A DNA stretch of 64,000 nt. Source: Eledone cirrhosa. Its lineage: Eukaryota. This document shows, in pieces, positions 1-13,949 of the stretch. The notes beneath the pieces are model-generated. The model did not search any database, had not been told where the DNA came from, and saw nothing but the letters and a program-made list of their open reading frames with translations. The number at the start of each line of letters is the position of its first letter. Position 1 is the first letter of the stretch. The position numbers were made by a program, and so were the translations under genes. The stretch lies in assembly GCA_964016885.1 (NCBI GenBank), contig OZ024743.1, positions 30,690,001 to 30,754,000 on the forward strand, read 5' to 3'.

Positions 1-470
1 TCATTGATGTTGGTTAACTGGAAAGTCCGTTGGAATGAATATCAAGCCACTACCTGCAGCCTCAGATATTCAGGACGTATCGGAGGGTTCTTGCTGTTCC
101 CAGCAAGCATGCCTTTGAAGCGTTCCAAAAAGCGTGAAGGGGCCGATTTTCTTTAACCATCCCCGGAAACTTTTGGAGATAGTCCCCAGTGCGCCTATGA
201 CAATCGGGATCACTTTGACTTCATGGCAGTTCCAAATCCTTTTCACCTCCCACTTTAAGTCCTGGTATCATTTGATTTTGTCCCTCTCCTTCTCTTGCAC
301 TCTCGTGTCGAATAGGCAGGCCACATCCACAATCAGGCACGATCTTTTTTCTTTGTCCACAACCACCAGGTCAGGTCTATTGTGTTCCAGTTTCTTGTCC
401 ATCTGTATCCTAAAATTGCACAGCACATTCACCTGATCGTTTTCTATCACCGCCTCCGGCTTATGCTCAT
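1..470 (-). mobile_element. R4/Dong-clade LINE, 5'-truncated 3' fragment (RLE endonuclease C-terminus + 3'UTR)
   Basis: Reverse complement closely matches 41440-41918; peptide NRPDLVVVD...VDVAC is the PD-(D/E)xK RLE motif; the truncation point abuts a TAA/TTA tract. Confidence 0.9.
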
Positions 471-495
471 TATTATTATTATTATTATTATTATT
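470..495. repeat. (TTA)n microsatellite between head-to-head R4 and Tx1
   Basis: Direct reading. Confidence 0.95.
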
Positions 496-707
496 GGCGA
501 CTTATGTAGTAAATCGTATCATCGTGAGCTCCGCAAAGGTTTGTTATTTTCAGTTGTTTAAAATTGCCCTTCATGGAAAATGTTATTGTTAACTCTATAT
601 AAGTGCACATACAATGTTATCTGAAAAGTACACCCAAAAAGATTGGGGCCTTGAGCCCAAAATTTAAACTTTTATAATTATCAAACAAACATTTTTTTTG
701 AAAAATC

Positions 708-2596
708 ATGGCTGACTCAGAGTCACTACTTTCTCACAAACTAACACCTCACACCGACATATCCATTGTAAATATTACTACGTTTGCCAAGACTAAAAAT
801 ATATGCAGTAGCAATATTTTAAATTTGTCTCAGGCAGACATTCATTTCCCGCCATTACCAATGACTGCAGGTGTTAAAGACGCCACCACCACCAACACTG
901 CGACAACCACCACCCCCACCACCACCGCGACAACAGAAACAAAAGAAACAAATTAATTAACTCGTGATATCGAAATGAATTCAGCCAATATGAACTCTTC
1001 CACACCGAACACCACTGACGCCACCGCCACCACACCTGAAACTGAAATTAAAAAATAACAAAAATAACGATAACAAGAACAGCAACAATGTCAATAAGAA
1101 CGCCACCCTGAGTTTTGCCAGAGTAGCAAAAAATGCGAAGCATTTCAGGTAACTCAGGAGGAATTAGAAGAAGCCAAAATAATTGTAAAGAAAGATGGGT
1201 ACAGGGTTAACCCCCCCCCTACACCTAATAAGATGGAGCAACATCGCCTATGCACCGTGTCTTATCGGACAATCAACATAAAATCGCGCCGAGTGGAACG
1301 GGCATACGTGTCCCAAATCCAAAAAAGCTTTGGGACATGTGTGGGCAAAAAAAACCCACATCGGACGTCGGCAGAAGTATGGAACCGTGGACCTGTTCTT
1401 TGAAACACCAGAGGAGGCTAGAGAACACTCCATGGCCCACACTCGTCCCAAGCTATTGTGGCCAGAGGCTCGTAAAGTTCAGGGTCACCCACGTTCCACC
1501 GGCCATCGCAATTCCCTGGCTAATAGCTGCTGTCCTCGCCGGCATCGAGACCAACACCAAGATAATCGAAATAGCGAAAGAAAAGCAGGAGAACTGGTCC
1601 GGATCGGGGATGGAGCTCCTGATCCAAGCGGACCAAAAAAGCATTGAGGAGATCCCAGAGGTAATCGACCTCACTAACGGCAGCCATCTCACCGTAATAG
1701 TCGAGGGCAGAAGGCCTAGGTTCGTCGATTGTGGTGAAGGAACCCACCTAAGGGCTTTCTACACTCAGGATAAAAGTGTGAAGCCACCTCTCCTACCCAC
1801 CCCAGTGACCTAACCACCAACACCACCAGAACAGGAGAGGCAGCAACAACCTCAGCAACAGTAGCAAAACCAACACCACCACCACACAACGCTTCAGAAC
1901 TAGCACCAGCGCCTACACCATCCACCACGCCACAACCAAAACTAACGCCTGTGGAGGATTTTCTCCACCCCGGCCTACCACAACTGGAAACAGATTGTGA
2001 CGACAAGGAGTGGGAAACGGTATCAGGAAAAAAGAACAAAGAAACCAGCAAAGAAAAAATTCTCTTCCTTCCCCCTCCAAAAAAAAAATACAGAGGGAAA
2101 CAAATAAACTATCAAACAAAAAAGTTATGACAGATAATGCACCATCCACACCAGCGTCATCAACCCCATCACCCAAAACACCAACACCATCACCATCATT
2201 AACCCCAACACTACCATCACCTACTCCACAAAAGTCACCAAAAAGCGAAACAGAAACAAACCCACAACAAGCACAAACAAAACAAAACAACCAACACGAT
2301 ACACACTACACAGCATTAAATTTGAACAACAACCAATTATTACACTACATCCAACAAAACACCAGCTTCACATAAAAAGACTACACAACAACCCAAAAGT
2401 TCACACCGCCTCCACACATACAAATCACTCGCATCACACAGAAAACGTACATGACACTAAAACAAAAATTGCCCAAAGACATCGGAGACTTCCGACAAGC
2501 ACTCTTCAGGAGGATTTATAGGGACATCTTTCCTGAGAGGCCACAAGCAGTGAATAGGATGGAGAAACCGTCCTTCCTCTACGAGGAGTAAGGTAA
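708..2596 (+). pseudogene. Tx1 ORF1, frameshifted, degenerate zinc knuckle
   Basis: Fragments align with ORF1 of the 28283-34149 copy (PSYCGQ, THV, EG.RP..C...THLRAF); Thr/Pro-rich linkers. Confidence 0.8.
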
Positions 2597-2632
2597 GTGG
2601 TCTTTCCCATCTTTTCCACTCCATTTCACAAC

Positions 2633-5600
2633 AAGACCTCACTCAGAATAGGCAGCATAAATGCGCGTGACTTGGACGTCATGGCAGCAGGGCTACCTGC
2701 TCACCGACCTCAGGTCACTAAACATAGATGTAGTGGACATCAGCGAAACCAGAATCTCCGAAACGCGGGCCTTCGCACCGATATTCGGCGGCTACGATGT
2801 GTACGCATCTCCCAGCCGTCCGGGATCGGGGGGAGGAGTTTCTGTGCTTTTCGGAGAGGTTTGGATCTCGCCATACGGGCCATCTTCCTGGACACAGAAG
2901 GTAAGTTGGTGGTGCTAGACGTGACCAGCGGAGACGGGCAAGTTTTCAGGCTAGTGGCCGTCTATGGCCCAACAGGAACAGGGCAGCCTTATTTCTTCCG
3001 GCGTCTGGAGACCTTTCTTGGAACGGCCCGCTCTTTAGTGTTAGTTGGCGACTGGAACGGGATCTTAGATGCACGCTGGTATTGTGTGGGATTAGCGGAT
3101 AAGGGAGGAGGGTGCAAGAGCCTCACCAACCTGCTCAGGCGTTTTGAACTGTCTGACAGGTACCGATTGGATTTCAAGAATCTGCCAATGTGGACTTGGA
3201 CAAATCGCATAAGGTCATCCAGATCATATCTAGATAGAGTATTTTGTAGAGAAATAGATAGGTCTAGCATAGGCTGTCCACGATTCAAGATAGTCAGCTA
3301 CACGGACCACACATTCGTGATCTGTGCGCTTGACTGACATAGGCTTCATAGACGAGGACCCGGCTACTGGAAGCTAAGCGCGTCCTTACCAGCGCCCAAG
3401 GCCTACAGAGACCGGATTAGTGAACTAGTTAAGCGGGCGTTGACGGGGGCCATCGTCAACAACGAGTGGGGGTTTGCTCTGAAAATAGCAATTAGAATAG
3501 AGTCCATTAGGTTTATTAAGGCTTTAGCAATAGAGGAAAATAGAGTAGAGGGAGAATTAGTTAGAAAATTAGACGAGGCGCTTAGCAAAGGCATCGCGAC
3601 CGACGTACTTGCACGAAATTGGCGCTTGACCAATTTTTCAAAACAAAGCACGAAGGCTGCGTTGTCAGAGCGAGGGTGCGTGCTCTCAGACACGAGGGGA
3701 CGAAAGCCGTTCAATGGGCCCGGGTGGCAGAGGCGCGTCGTGGCACAAAGCCACGATCCGGTCTTTGGTAGACCACGACGGGCGCATGCTACTCGATCCC
3801 GGGCAAATGTGTGAAGCTTTTCAGCGACACTTCAGTCAGTTGTTCGGGGGCAGTGGCGGGCCGGATCGAGGGATGAACTTTAGTGTCAACCTCGACGGAC
3901 TGCCGCGGCTCTCGGCACTGAGGCGGAGTGTTTCTAAAAGCCTATAACAGCCGCTGAAGTACGGGAGGCAATGGCTAGCTGCACAAGGGGTAAATCGCCT
4001 GCTTTGGATGGTCTGCCCTATGAACTTTACGTACAGATGCCAGACTTGTTCGGAGGCCTCTTGGCGGACGTCTACTGCAACTGGCAACAAAACGGGAGAA
4101 TGATCAGCTCTGTGAGCCGAGGAGCTATGGCGCTGCTGAGAAAGGAGCCGAACAAGGGGGATAACATAGATCATTTTAGGCCCATAACTCTGCTAAACAC
4201 AGAGTTCAAGAGTTTGGCCAAGGTGCTAGCAAAGAGGTTGGCGCTTGTCGTTGGTGGTCTAGTGTGAGAGGCGCAGACATGCGCTATTCCCACAGATCCA
4301 TCCATGACAACCTCCACCTCATGCGATACATCGTAGAGAGGGTAGCTAGGGAACCTTGCACGGGTGGGTCGTTGATCAATTTAGATCAGTCGAAAGCTTT
4401 CGATAGGTTCGACTATCATTACCTAGTGATGGTCCTGAGGGCGGCTGGCTTCAGAGGCTGGATCGCTGCAATGCACAGCGACATCTGCTCTGTGGTGAGA
4501 GTGAACGGTCACCTTTCGGAACCGTTCAACATCATGCGCTCGGTTCACCAAGGATGTCCCCTCCCGTCCCTCTTGTACGTATTGATTCTCGAGCCATTAC
4601 TGCACAAACTGGATACGTTGAGGGGTGTCCGCGCGAACTAGGATGCGGAAGATCCGTGTCAGCATATGGGGACGATGTCACCGTAGTGGTGTCGATCGCC
4701 AAACACATCGAGGCGCTCGGCACTACACTAAGAGAATACAAAGCGGTGACAGGATCAATGATCAAACAGGAAAAGTCAGTGGGCCTGCAGCTCGGCACCT
4801 GGTGAGGCATGTCCATGCCGTCCAACAGCGTCGTCGGGCGCTGGACGGATGGACCGGTTAAATTGCTAGGGGTCTGGTTCGGTCCAGACGGACAAAAACT
4901 GGGACGACGTGACGAGCAGGGTGGCTTCTCTCACCCAGAAATGGGCCGAGAGAAAGCTATCCCTGAAAGGTCGAGCGTAGGTGGCTAACGCGTATATCGC
5001 GTCCGTCATCTACTACCGCCTGACCGTCGTACCTTATCCTAAGCCCCGCCTGACTTCGGTGATCGACGCTGATCAGGTGTGCTCGCCGTTTGCTAGACAC
5101 GTCTATCCCCAGCTCGTCTCCTTGACGGAGCTGCAGTCCTGGGTCAAGCAAAGACCAAGAGGGAGCGCTTGGAGACTGGAGTGTCTTCAGGCGTTCACAG
5201 CCCCCGACCAATCGGGCAATGTGATCCGTGGAAACTCCAACTTGGCGTTCTATAGAGGATTATTGGAGGGGAAGAGCGACGACGTACTTGGGGAAACTCT
5301 AGGCGTCGACGAAATCAACTAGCCAATCTCTTTGGAAGAACTTTCGGGCGGGGGCCTATGGACAACTTACAGAAATCTCTGGGCTGGTAGTGCTACAGAG
5401 GAGCTTGGCCAGTTCGGCATAAACTCTACAGGCATGGAGGTGCCGTCAATCGGGCATGTCCGAGATGCGTGCAGGGCGACGAAACCGTCCTGCACTGACT
5501 TGTGGGTTTATGTCGAACACCTGCTGTCGCGTGTAGGACGGATCCGGCTATCATCTGAGTCCATCGTGAGGATTGCCCCGCCCTCCTCGTTTAGCCGGGA

Positions 5601-5847
5601 AGTGCAGGCAGTTTTTATCTGTCTGGTGGCCATGGCGAAAGAGATAGTATGGTGGACACGTTTGAAAGGGCTGAAGACGAGCACTTACCTCTTCGGTGAT
5701 GCTCTGATTGACTTTTTCAAATTTCATTTGAAAAGGAAAATCAGGGTAGTAAGAGAAGTGCTCTCTTCCCAGCATTTTGTTGAAAGATGTGTGAGAGAGG
5801 CAAGAATGGACCGAGTTAATGGGCCTACTCTGAGTATGTGTCTGTAA
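2633..5847 (+). pseudogene. Tx1 ORF2 (APE endonuclease + RT), disrupted
   Basis: APE motifs SINAR, VGDWN, YLDR, TDH; RT motifs KSPALDG, FRPITLLN, LDQSKAFD, QGCPL, AYGDD; start ATG appears mutated to AAG at 2633; internal deletion near 5055. Confidence 0.92.
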
Positions 5848-6254
5848 ATTAAAGGTGGAAAACTGGGAGAGAGCACTTGCCCTGGTGGTCAGGGTCACTG
5901 TGGCTTTTTTATGGGCTTTCTCCACGAATGTCCCTCGGAAATCTACCCCCATTGGGGAATTCTTTCATTGTTCTATTATTACATCCTCTGTTTCTTGTTT
6001 TTTACACGCAGAAATGCCCATTTGTACCGTCCTGTATTGTCTTGTACTGTCCTTAATGTCTACTTTATGTAAATCCTTGTGGTTAATAAAGAAAGCATTA
6101 TTATTATATTTATTATTTTTATGTTTATTCTAAATTTTGCTGTCTTGTATCGCTGTCAACTTAATAATATATTTTTTAATTTTTTGATTTTCTTAATCCT
6201 TATTTTTATTTGCTTCTTTTTATGTGACGGCCTACTATGATTATTTATCCTTAT

Positions 6255-6455
6255 TTGTGTGTGTGTGCATATGCATCCTTTTATATGTGAGTAGGTATGC
6301 ATGAGTGTATATATGTGAGTATGTATGTATGTGTGTGCATCTACGTATGTATATGTATGTGTGTATATATATGTAAAAATATATATACGTATATATACAC
6401 ACATACATATACATACATACATATACACACGCATACATATACATTCATACGTATG

Positions 6456-6488
<33 letters not shown>

Positions 6489-6503
6489 GTATATATATAT
6501 ATA
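6255..6503. repeat. Compound (TG)/(TA)/(CA) microsatellite
   Basis: Direct reading. Confidence 0.9.
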
Positions 6504-7819
6504 TGATCAGGTTAGAAAAATGGTCGCACATGCAATAGGGGCTAGTATCAAAACTACCCTAAAGGGTCACATATTTAAGTTCAATGAGAAAATCTACACC
6601 CAAAATGAGGGACCAGCCATCGGCGTCAGCATAGCTGGTGATGTTGCCAACCTTTTCATGGTATGGTGGGAAAGGAGACTTAAAGATCTCCTTAATGAAA
6701 GCTCCATAGATCTCATCATGTACTCTCGTTATGTAGACGATATCAATATAGTTATAAGAACACCCCCACTAGAGAGCACTAACAAGTTTGATTTAGAACG
6801 TAGCACGATGGAAAGCATCTAGCAGATAGCTAATTCCATACACCAGAGTATAACTGTAACTATAGACTTCCCCTCCAAACACCCTAACAATAGACTACCT
6901 GTATTAGACACAGAACTCTGGATTAACACTATAGACGAGAGAGCCAAATTCTCCACTCACACTATGCTAAACCCATGGCCTCTTGGTACGAGTGATGAAG
7001 AATGTGTCCAGCATGTGCGACCCAACAGAAATGGAAGGACACATCCAACACTTCATCAACCGTATGCAGTTCTCTGGCTACAACAAAAGAGACAGAGTCA
7101 GAGTATACGAAGGAGCCATGGAAAAGTATAAGACCCTCATAGAACTGGACATGAAAGGAATTTGCCCACTATACAGGAGCAAATCATGGAATAGCTTAGA
7201 TAGGGCTAGACATAAGATAGGTAAGGCCACATCATGGTACGACAACCAGAGATATCAGAGTGTCATGTTTGTGGACGCCACCCCTGGAGGGAAATTAGCT
7301 AACCAGTGTAGAAAGGCCCTGAGAAAGACCCACTTAAAAATAAAGGTGGTAGAAAAGCCAGGAACCACCATAAAATCCCTGATCAGCAAAACCTACCCTT
7401 TTAAGAAAACCCACTGTACCAATAGGAAATGTATCATATGTAAGGTGAACCCCCGGATAAACTGTAAAACTAGAAACGTAGTCTATAGCATAAGATGTAC
7501 AGAGGGTACTTGCAGAAACATGACAACAACATACATAGGTGAGACAGCTCGTAGCATAGGTGAAAGGATAGACCAACACTGGGGGGAACTAAAAGGACGA
7601 AAAAACGGGTCAGTACTATACGAACATGCTAGACAACAACATGACGGTAACATAGACAACATAGAAATTAGAATAATATCTAAACATAGGAATGACCCAG
7701 CAGATAGGCAAATCAGAGAGGCCAGTGAAATAGAAATTAGAAGACCAAAGCTAAACAGAAAGAATGAGTGGAACAACAACAACACCCAAACAAACAACAC
7801 TGACCTAAGAGAAGTATAA
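6504..7819 (+). pseudogene. PLE RT / GIY-YIG endonuclease, stop + frameshift
   Basis: ORFs 6325-6822 (C-terminal part) and 6983-7819. Confidence 0.85.
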
Positions 7820-8081
7820 ATAAGTAAATAAAATTAAATAAAATAAGATAAATAAATACATACACAAGCACATAAACACACACTAGTCACCCAGCAGACA
7901 CAACACTATACGCACTAGTCACACATCACACTATACACACACGCAAACGCATGCGCAAAGAAGACAAAATAAAATAAGATAAACAAACAAGCAAATAAAT
8001 AAATAAATATATAGACAGACTGAATAAAAAAAAAAGGCGTAGACATACAACACAACAGGAGGAACAATGAATATAACACCA

Positions 8082-8109
8082 CTGACGATGTTGCAGATGT
8101 GCAACGAAA
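8082..8109 (+). ncRNA. Partial hammerhead-like core in PLE pLTR
   Basis: CTGACGA-t-GTTGCA gatg TGCAAC-GAAA; stems I and III not resolvable. Confidence 0.4.
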
Positions 8110-8323
8110 GATTTATGTAAATTATGTAAACTATATATATGTGTTTGTGTATATATTGTATCTGTATTATTTTTGACCGTCAGTCAGTCAATGGCAACAT
8201 TGAGGACCGAGTAAGTTAGACCGCAGATATAAAAGACAGCGAGAAGCGAAAACCAACCAAACAGTGAGTGTGTTCTGTTATTAATTCTGGCAATATTACG
8301 CAAATATGACCCTCCCCAAATAT

Positions 8324-8442
<119 letters not shown>

Positions 8443-8866
8443 AAAGTGGGTGTATATATATATATATGTGTGTTGGTGTTTTTATGTATGGATATATATG
8501 TATGTGTGTGTATATCTGTCTCTGTGTATATATATGTGTATATATGCGTGTATATATGTATGTAAATATTTATATATATGTGTATATGTGAGTGTGTGTG
8601 TGCGTGTGTGTGTGTGTGTACGTGTGTGTTGTTATATATTCTTATTTATTATTCTCCCCAACCCCTTGTTTTTTCTCCAGCCTCACTTTCATATCTGTTA
8701 TATTTTTTTTTTCAAATCCACTGTCAATAAAGACACCAGGATTTTTCATTCTGATGAATGAAAGCAATTTTGGTTGCTTTCAAGAAACCACTGGTAAATG
8801 AAATAATTATGTTATGTTGTTTATTATATAAATAAATAAATAAATAAATATCTATATATCTATCTA

Positions 8867-8918
<52 letters not shown>

Positions 8919-9461
8919 AAAGAATAGAGGTGTAACACACAAGTTATGATATATTGGTAAACGGAATAGAAAATGCTGACAAATTGTTCACAGTGAAAAA
9001 TAGTTTAATTAGGAAGAAGTGAGAATTAGTAATAGTATTGGTTAGTATTCAGTTTTGGTTTTAAGTTTTACCGGTTGCGCATTTCTAATGCTTTTCAAAA
9101 ATAATTCTGAGATAGAACGTCCGTGATGTTTGCTCTGATCTGATTAGTTTTGGGAATTCTACCTGTTGTTATGTTAAAAAAGTGGCACCAGCGGTATTAA
9201 AAAAAGTTTTGCGCCAATCCGTGTTGCAAAACTTCTTGTGGTCGAAACAATTTTGATTGGTCGGTAGAGGTCATGTGAATGTTAAAAATTGGTTTTGCGC
9301 CAAATGTAGGTTTGTGTCGGCTGACTGAGAAATAAGTCTTTCACAACAAATATCTGTGTGTGTGTGTAGTAGTAGTAAAGAGGTTCGTTGATGTGATAAT
9401 GGTCAACAGGGATGTGTGTGCGACCCGCAGCCTGTTGACAGTTCAAATGCCTATTAATACA

Positions 9462-9504
<43 letters not shown>

Positions 9505-9854
9505 CAGAGTAATTCGTGGTAGAGGGTTGGTCAGTAGGAATGTGTCTGGAAGTGTGTGGGGGATATTTTAACATGTTAAAATATATTTTTTCAGCTTTTG
9601 TCTTATACGGAGAAGCGTGTGTGTGTGTGTGTATGTCTCTTTGTATGTTAATGTACGCGTATGTAAGTGTGTGTGTATATATGTGTGTGTGTGTGAGAGA
9701 GAATGTGTCTGTGTGTGTAGGTGGACCAGTATTTATTTCTGGTAAAATGGTGTACATTATTCGATTTTTTCAGTAAAATCGATTCTCTCAATAGAACATC
9801 AAAAACCTTAATAATAAAAGGTGTGAAATGATATATAGTATTGGCATAATACCA

Positions 9855-10120
9855 AGGTGCGTGTGAGTGTGTCCAGATTGTACCTACTGCAAGGAGGATC
9901 CATTAGGCCTTGCCGTATTGGAATACCTGTGCACAAATATGTATCTGGAGTGTGTCCAAAAATTGTATACCTGTGCACAAATTGTACACATGTATCTGGA
10001 GTGTGTCCAGAAATTGTATACCTGTGCACAAACATGTATCTGGAGTGTGTCCAGATTGTACGTACTGCAAGGGGAATTCATTAGGCCTTGCCGTATTGGA
10101 ATACCTGTGCACAAATATGT
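9855..10120. repeat. Minisatellite / nested direct repeats in PLE 3'UTR
   Basis: Unit tgtatctggagtgtgtcca..aattgtatacctgtgcacaaa occurs about 3 times; 9866-9940 is repeated at 10045-10120. Confidence 0.85.
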
Positions 10121-10348
10121 ATGTGCCCATCAGTGTGCAATGCATGTGTGCGTATATGTATGTGTGTGTGTCGGCACGTTTATATCTATAGACATCAAAA
10201 GGTATGCAAATTTGTGGAGATTTGTGTTGCACCATAGAACATGTGTGTTTACGTATGTCATTGTGTTTATATGTGGGTAGAGATGTATGATGATGGAGGT
10301 ATGTATGTTGACGTGTGTATGTTGTGGGTTCGTCTTAGGGAGAAGTGT

Positions 10349-12070
10349 TTAGACGGGGTCCGTATTTGTTAATAAAGTAAGATTCCTTGCTGATACGCTG
10401 GGTGTGGGTGGCATTATCTTTAAATTTGTAGAGGGAAAGATTCTGAAGTTGGGATGATTTTGGGCGGCACAGGTATCAATGTGTTCACTTAGTAGTATTT
10501 TCCTGTATTCCCGTATTTTAATTTGGGATCTATGGACAGTCATGCGTTGGCGGAGGCTGTTTTTGGTCTGGCCTATGTATTGTTCTCGACAACCTGAGCA
10601 AGTTAATACATATATTAGATTTTCTGATGCGCATGTAAAATTGTGTTTTACTATAAAACGTTGTCCTTTTTTGAAATAGAATTCCGAAACCTCTATTAGG
10701 TTTATGCAAATGCCACAGTTGGGTCTACCGCATTTTTTTACTGTGGGTTTCGTTGTTGTGGTTGGCAGTACTTTGGCATGTGTTAGGATGTTTTTCATTG
10801 ACTTAGATTGTCTTTTGCTCTTTATAATATCGTGTGTTCGTAGGATTTGGTTGATTCTATGGTCCTTTTTCAACACAGGCATGTTCTGGCGGATGGTGTC
10901 AAAGGCCTCATTGTTGAGGGGGTTGCGTGTGGAGATGTATGGAAGAGCTTTTATTTTCGGTTGATTTACTTTAGGGTGTCTAAGGTCCTGGGTACTGAGT
11001 TTTAGCGCCCGTTGGATTCCATTGTCAATTAGTGATGCAGGATAGTCCCTGCCTATGAGTGTGTCCTTTAGTTCTTGTAGCCGTAAGTAGCAGGTGTTTT
11101 TATTAGAGACTATAGTACAGATTCTCTTGGCTAAGTTGTAGGGAATATTAATGTTAACGTGTCTAGGGTGGCAAGAGTTGAAAGGAAGATATTGCTTGGA
11201 GTCTGTGGGCTTGTAGTATATGTCTGTTTCTATTGTTTGTTATGGATCTTAATGAGGATGTCGCGGAAGGGGATTTGCTGATGGCTGTATTCCATCGTGA
11301 AGTTAATATTCGTGTTGAGCCCATTTATAATGGTGTGAAATTCTTTAAGTTTCTCGATGTTTTCGTGCCAAAGGATGAAGCAGTCATCTTGATATCGCTT
11401 CAAGTTCCTTTCTATGTGTAAGTGGAGAGTGTTTCCAAATTTGTTTAGGGCTTTATTGTAGAGGGTGATTTCCAGGTATCCCATGACTAGGTTGGCATAA
11501 GTGGGGGCTGTTTTCGTTCCCATAGCGGCCCCAGATTTCTGCCTGTAGGGTTTGTTATTGAAAACGAAGTAATTGTTCTCCAAGATAAATTTGAGTCCCT
11601 CTATCACGAATTCTTTTTTGATGCGCTGTGGGAGTTCATTGTGGTAATTATCCAGCCAGAATTGGATAGCTTCTATTCCTAGGTTGTGGGGGATGTTGGA
11701 GTATAGGTGGACTACATCGAACGTCACTAGTAGGGTTTGTTCAGAAAGTGGCATATTAGGGTGGTGATTGAGCATATCTAGGTCGTCCCTTATATAGCTT
11801 ATGATGTGTTTGAGAAAAGGCTTGAGAAGGGTATCAATGAAGTTGCTAAGGCGGTGGGTTTCGCAAGCGGGGCCTGCTATTATAGGTCTTAATTTGAGAT
11901 CATTGGGTGAGGGGACATTGATGACTATGTTTGTGGCTTCCGTGCATGCCTTACTTATTAATTCGCTTTTATGTACTTTATGGATACCGTAGAAAAGGCT
12001 GGATTTACTTGTGAAGTCTGTGATGAAGCTGAATTCCTTGTTAGTGAGTCCTTCTTTGTATTGGTTGATC
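10349..12070 (-). pseudogene. PLE RT + GIY-YIG endonuclease, disrupted
   Basis: ORFs 11230-11775 and 10349-10882. Confidence 0.88.
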
Positions 12071-12454
12071 AGACCTTGTATTGGTTGATCAGACTTATTT
12101 CTCAGTCAGCCGACACAAACCTAGACTTGGCGCAAAATCAATTTTTTACATTCACATGACCTATACCGACCAATCAAAATTGTTTTGACCACAAGAATTT
12201 TTGCAACATGAATTGGCGCAAAACTTATTTTAATACCGCTGGAGCCATTTTTTAACATAAAAACAGGTAGAATTTCCAAGACTAATCAGATCAGAGCAAA
12301 CATCACAGACGGTCTATCTCAAAATTATTTTTGAAAAGCATTAGAAATGCGCAACCGGTATAACTTAAAAACAATACTATTACTAAGTTTTGCTTATTCC
12401 TAATTAAACTATTTTTCACTGGCAAAAATTTGTCAGCATTTTCTTTTCCTTTTA

Positions 12455-12527
<73 letters not shown>

Positions 12528-12830
12528 GTACTATGACTTTCACGTAGGTATTTTCATCTTTATTTTAATCCGGAGCTCATTATCTAATATATATCTTTGC
12601 AATCAATGGAGTGTAATTATTAAGTATATTTGTCATCTGTAGGAAGCTGAGTATACACAAGCTCGTATAAACCCATATAAAAAACTTCGCGAACTCTCGG
12701 TCTGTCTCTGTCGCCATCTCTCTCTCTCTATATCTCTCTATCTATCTATCTATCTATCTATCCATCTCTATCTATCTATCTATATATATATATATATATA
12801 TATGTATATCGGTGTTTCTCTGTTTCTCTG

Positions 12831-12861
<31 letters not shown>

Positions 12862-12956
12862 AAATATAAATTAGCGACAATCGTATTTCGGCTTTGGAAT
12901 TAGCGAAAAACAACTTCCGAGAAGGTTTCTGGATCACAGACGATAATAAACATAAA

Positions 12957-13010
<54 letters not shown>

Positions 13011-13015
<5 letters not shown>

Positions 13016-13463
13016 ATACTTGGGGAGGGTCGGATTTGTGAAATATTGCCAGAATTAATAACAGAACACACTCACTGTTTGGTTGGTTTACGCTTTTCGC
13101 GTCTGTGTCTTTTATATCGGTAATCTAATTTATTCGGTCCTCAATGTTGCCATTGACTGACCAACGGTAAAAAATAATACAGATACAATACAGACACAAA
13201 CACATATATATAGTTTATCAAAGTTCTTTCTTTGCACATATGCAATATTGTCAGCGGTGCTATTGTTTCCTCCCTTTGCATTGCATTTTCTACGCCATCT
13301 TTATTTAGTTTGTTTATATACTTATTTATTTGTCTATTTTTTTTGTCTTCTTTGCGCATGCGTTTGCGTGTGTGTATACAAATATGGCCCTTCCCAAGTA
13401 TAACAATATTTGTTTCGACACACGATTTCATATCAAAAACCTCGCAAAACTAATTCATCGCCG

Positions 13464-13465
<2 letters not shown>
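13011..13465 (-). mobile_element. Solo Naiad-like pLTR with short inverted end
   Basis: 13011-13375 is similar to the reverse complement of 7930-8328; 13378-13410 repeats the pLTR end in + orientation; (TA)n flanks. Confidence 0.75.
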
Positions 13466-13535
<70 letters not shown>

Positions 13536-13597
13536 ATGTGATAAATATATATATAAATAAATATATAAAAATACACACACATATATATATACATATA

Positions 13598-13632
<35 letters not shown>

Positions 13633-13745
13633 CTCGCTGTCTCTCTGCTTTTTTATGTATATATACATATATATATATATATACATATATATGTTTATGT
13701 GATAAATATATATATAAATAAATATATAATTACGCACACACACAA

Positions 13746-13845
<100 letters not shown>

Positions 13846-13949
13846 AACAATATATCCCTACACGCAAAGAGCGTCTAGGGACACATGTATTGTCCAACCA
13901 TATGCCAATGTGGTTCAATGGCAGGTTAATAAATTAATGAGCCAGAACA

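Larger units (their letters stand above)
497..6097 (+). mobile_element. L1/Tx1-clade LINE (subfamily A), near full length, decayed
   Basis: 5'UTR, ORF1, ORF2 (APE-RT-Cys domain), 3'UTR ending ...AATAAAGAAAGC(ATT)n; flanked by (TTA)n on both sides. Confidence 0.92.
8920..12460 (-). mobile_element. Penelope-like element (Neptune-like) with inverted pLTR at its 5' end
   Basis: RT (TFDVVHLYSNIP, QKSGAAMG, RYQDD) and GIY-YIG (CGRPNCGIC, NLIY...C..C..QYIGQT); 8950-9340 is the reverse complement of 12090-12460; (TA)n flanks. Confidence 0.88.

Noticed and set aside
6983-8100. Selenoprotein-type Naiad (in-frame UGA + SECIS)
   Set aside because: Zinc-finger positions are ordinary Cys codons, there is no in-frame TGA, and no convincing SECIS is visible
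9300-9445. Hammerhead in the Neptune-like pLTR
   Set aside because: A GAAA-hairpin is present on the minus strand but no CUGAnGA box or valid cleavage triplet geometry was found
9855-10120. CRISPR-like repeat array
   Set aside because: No unique spacers, eukaryotic context, no cas genes; it is a minisatellite
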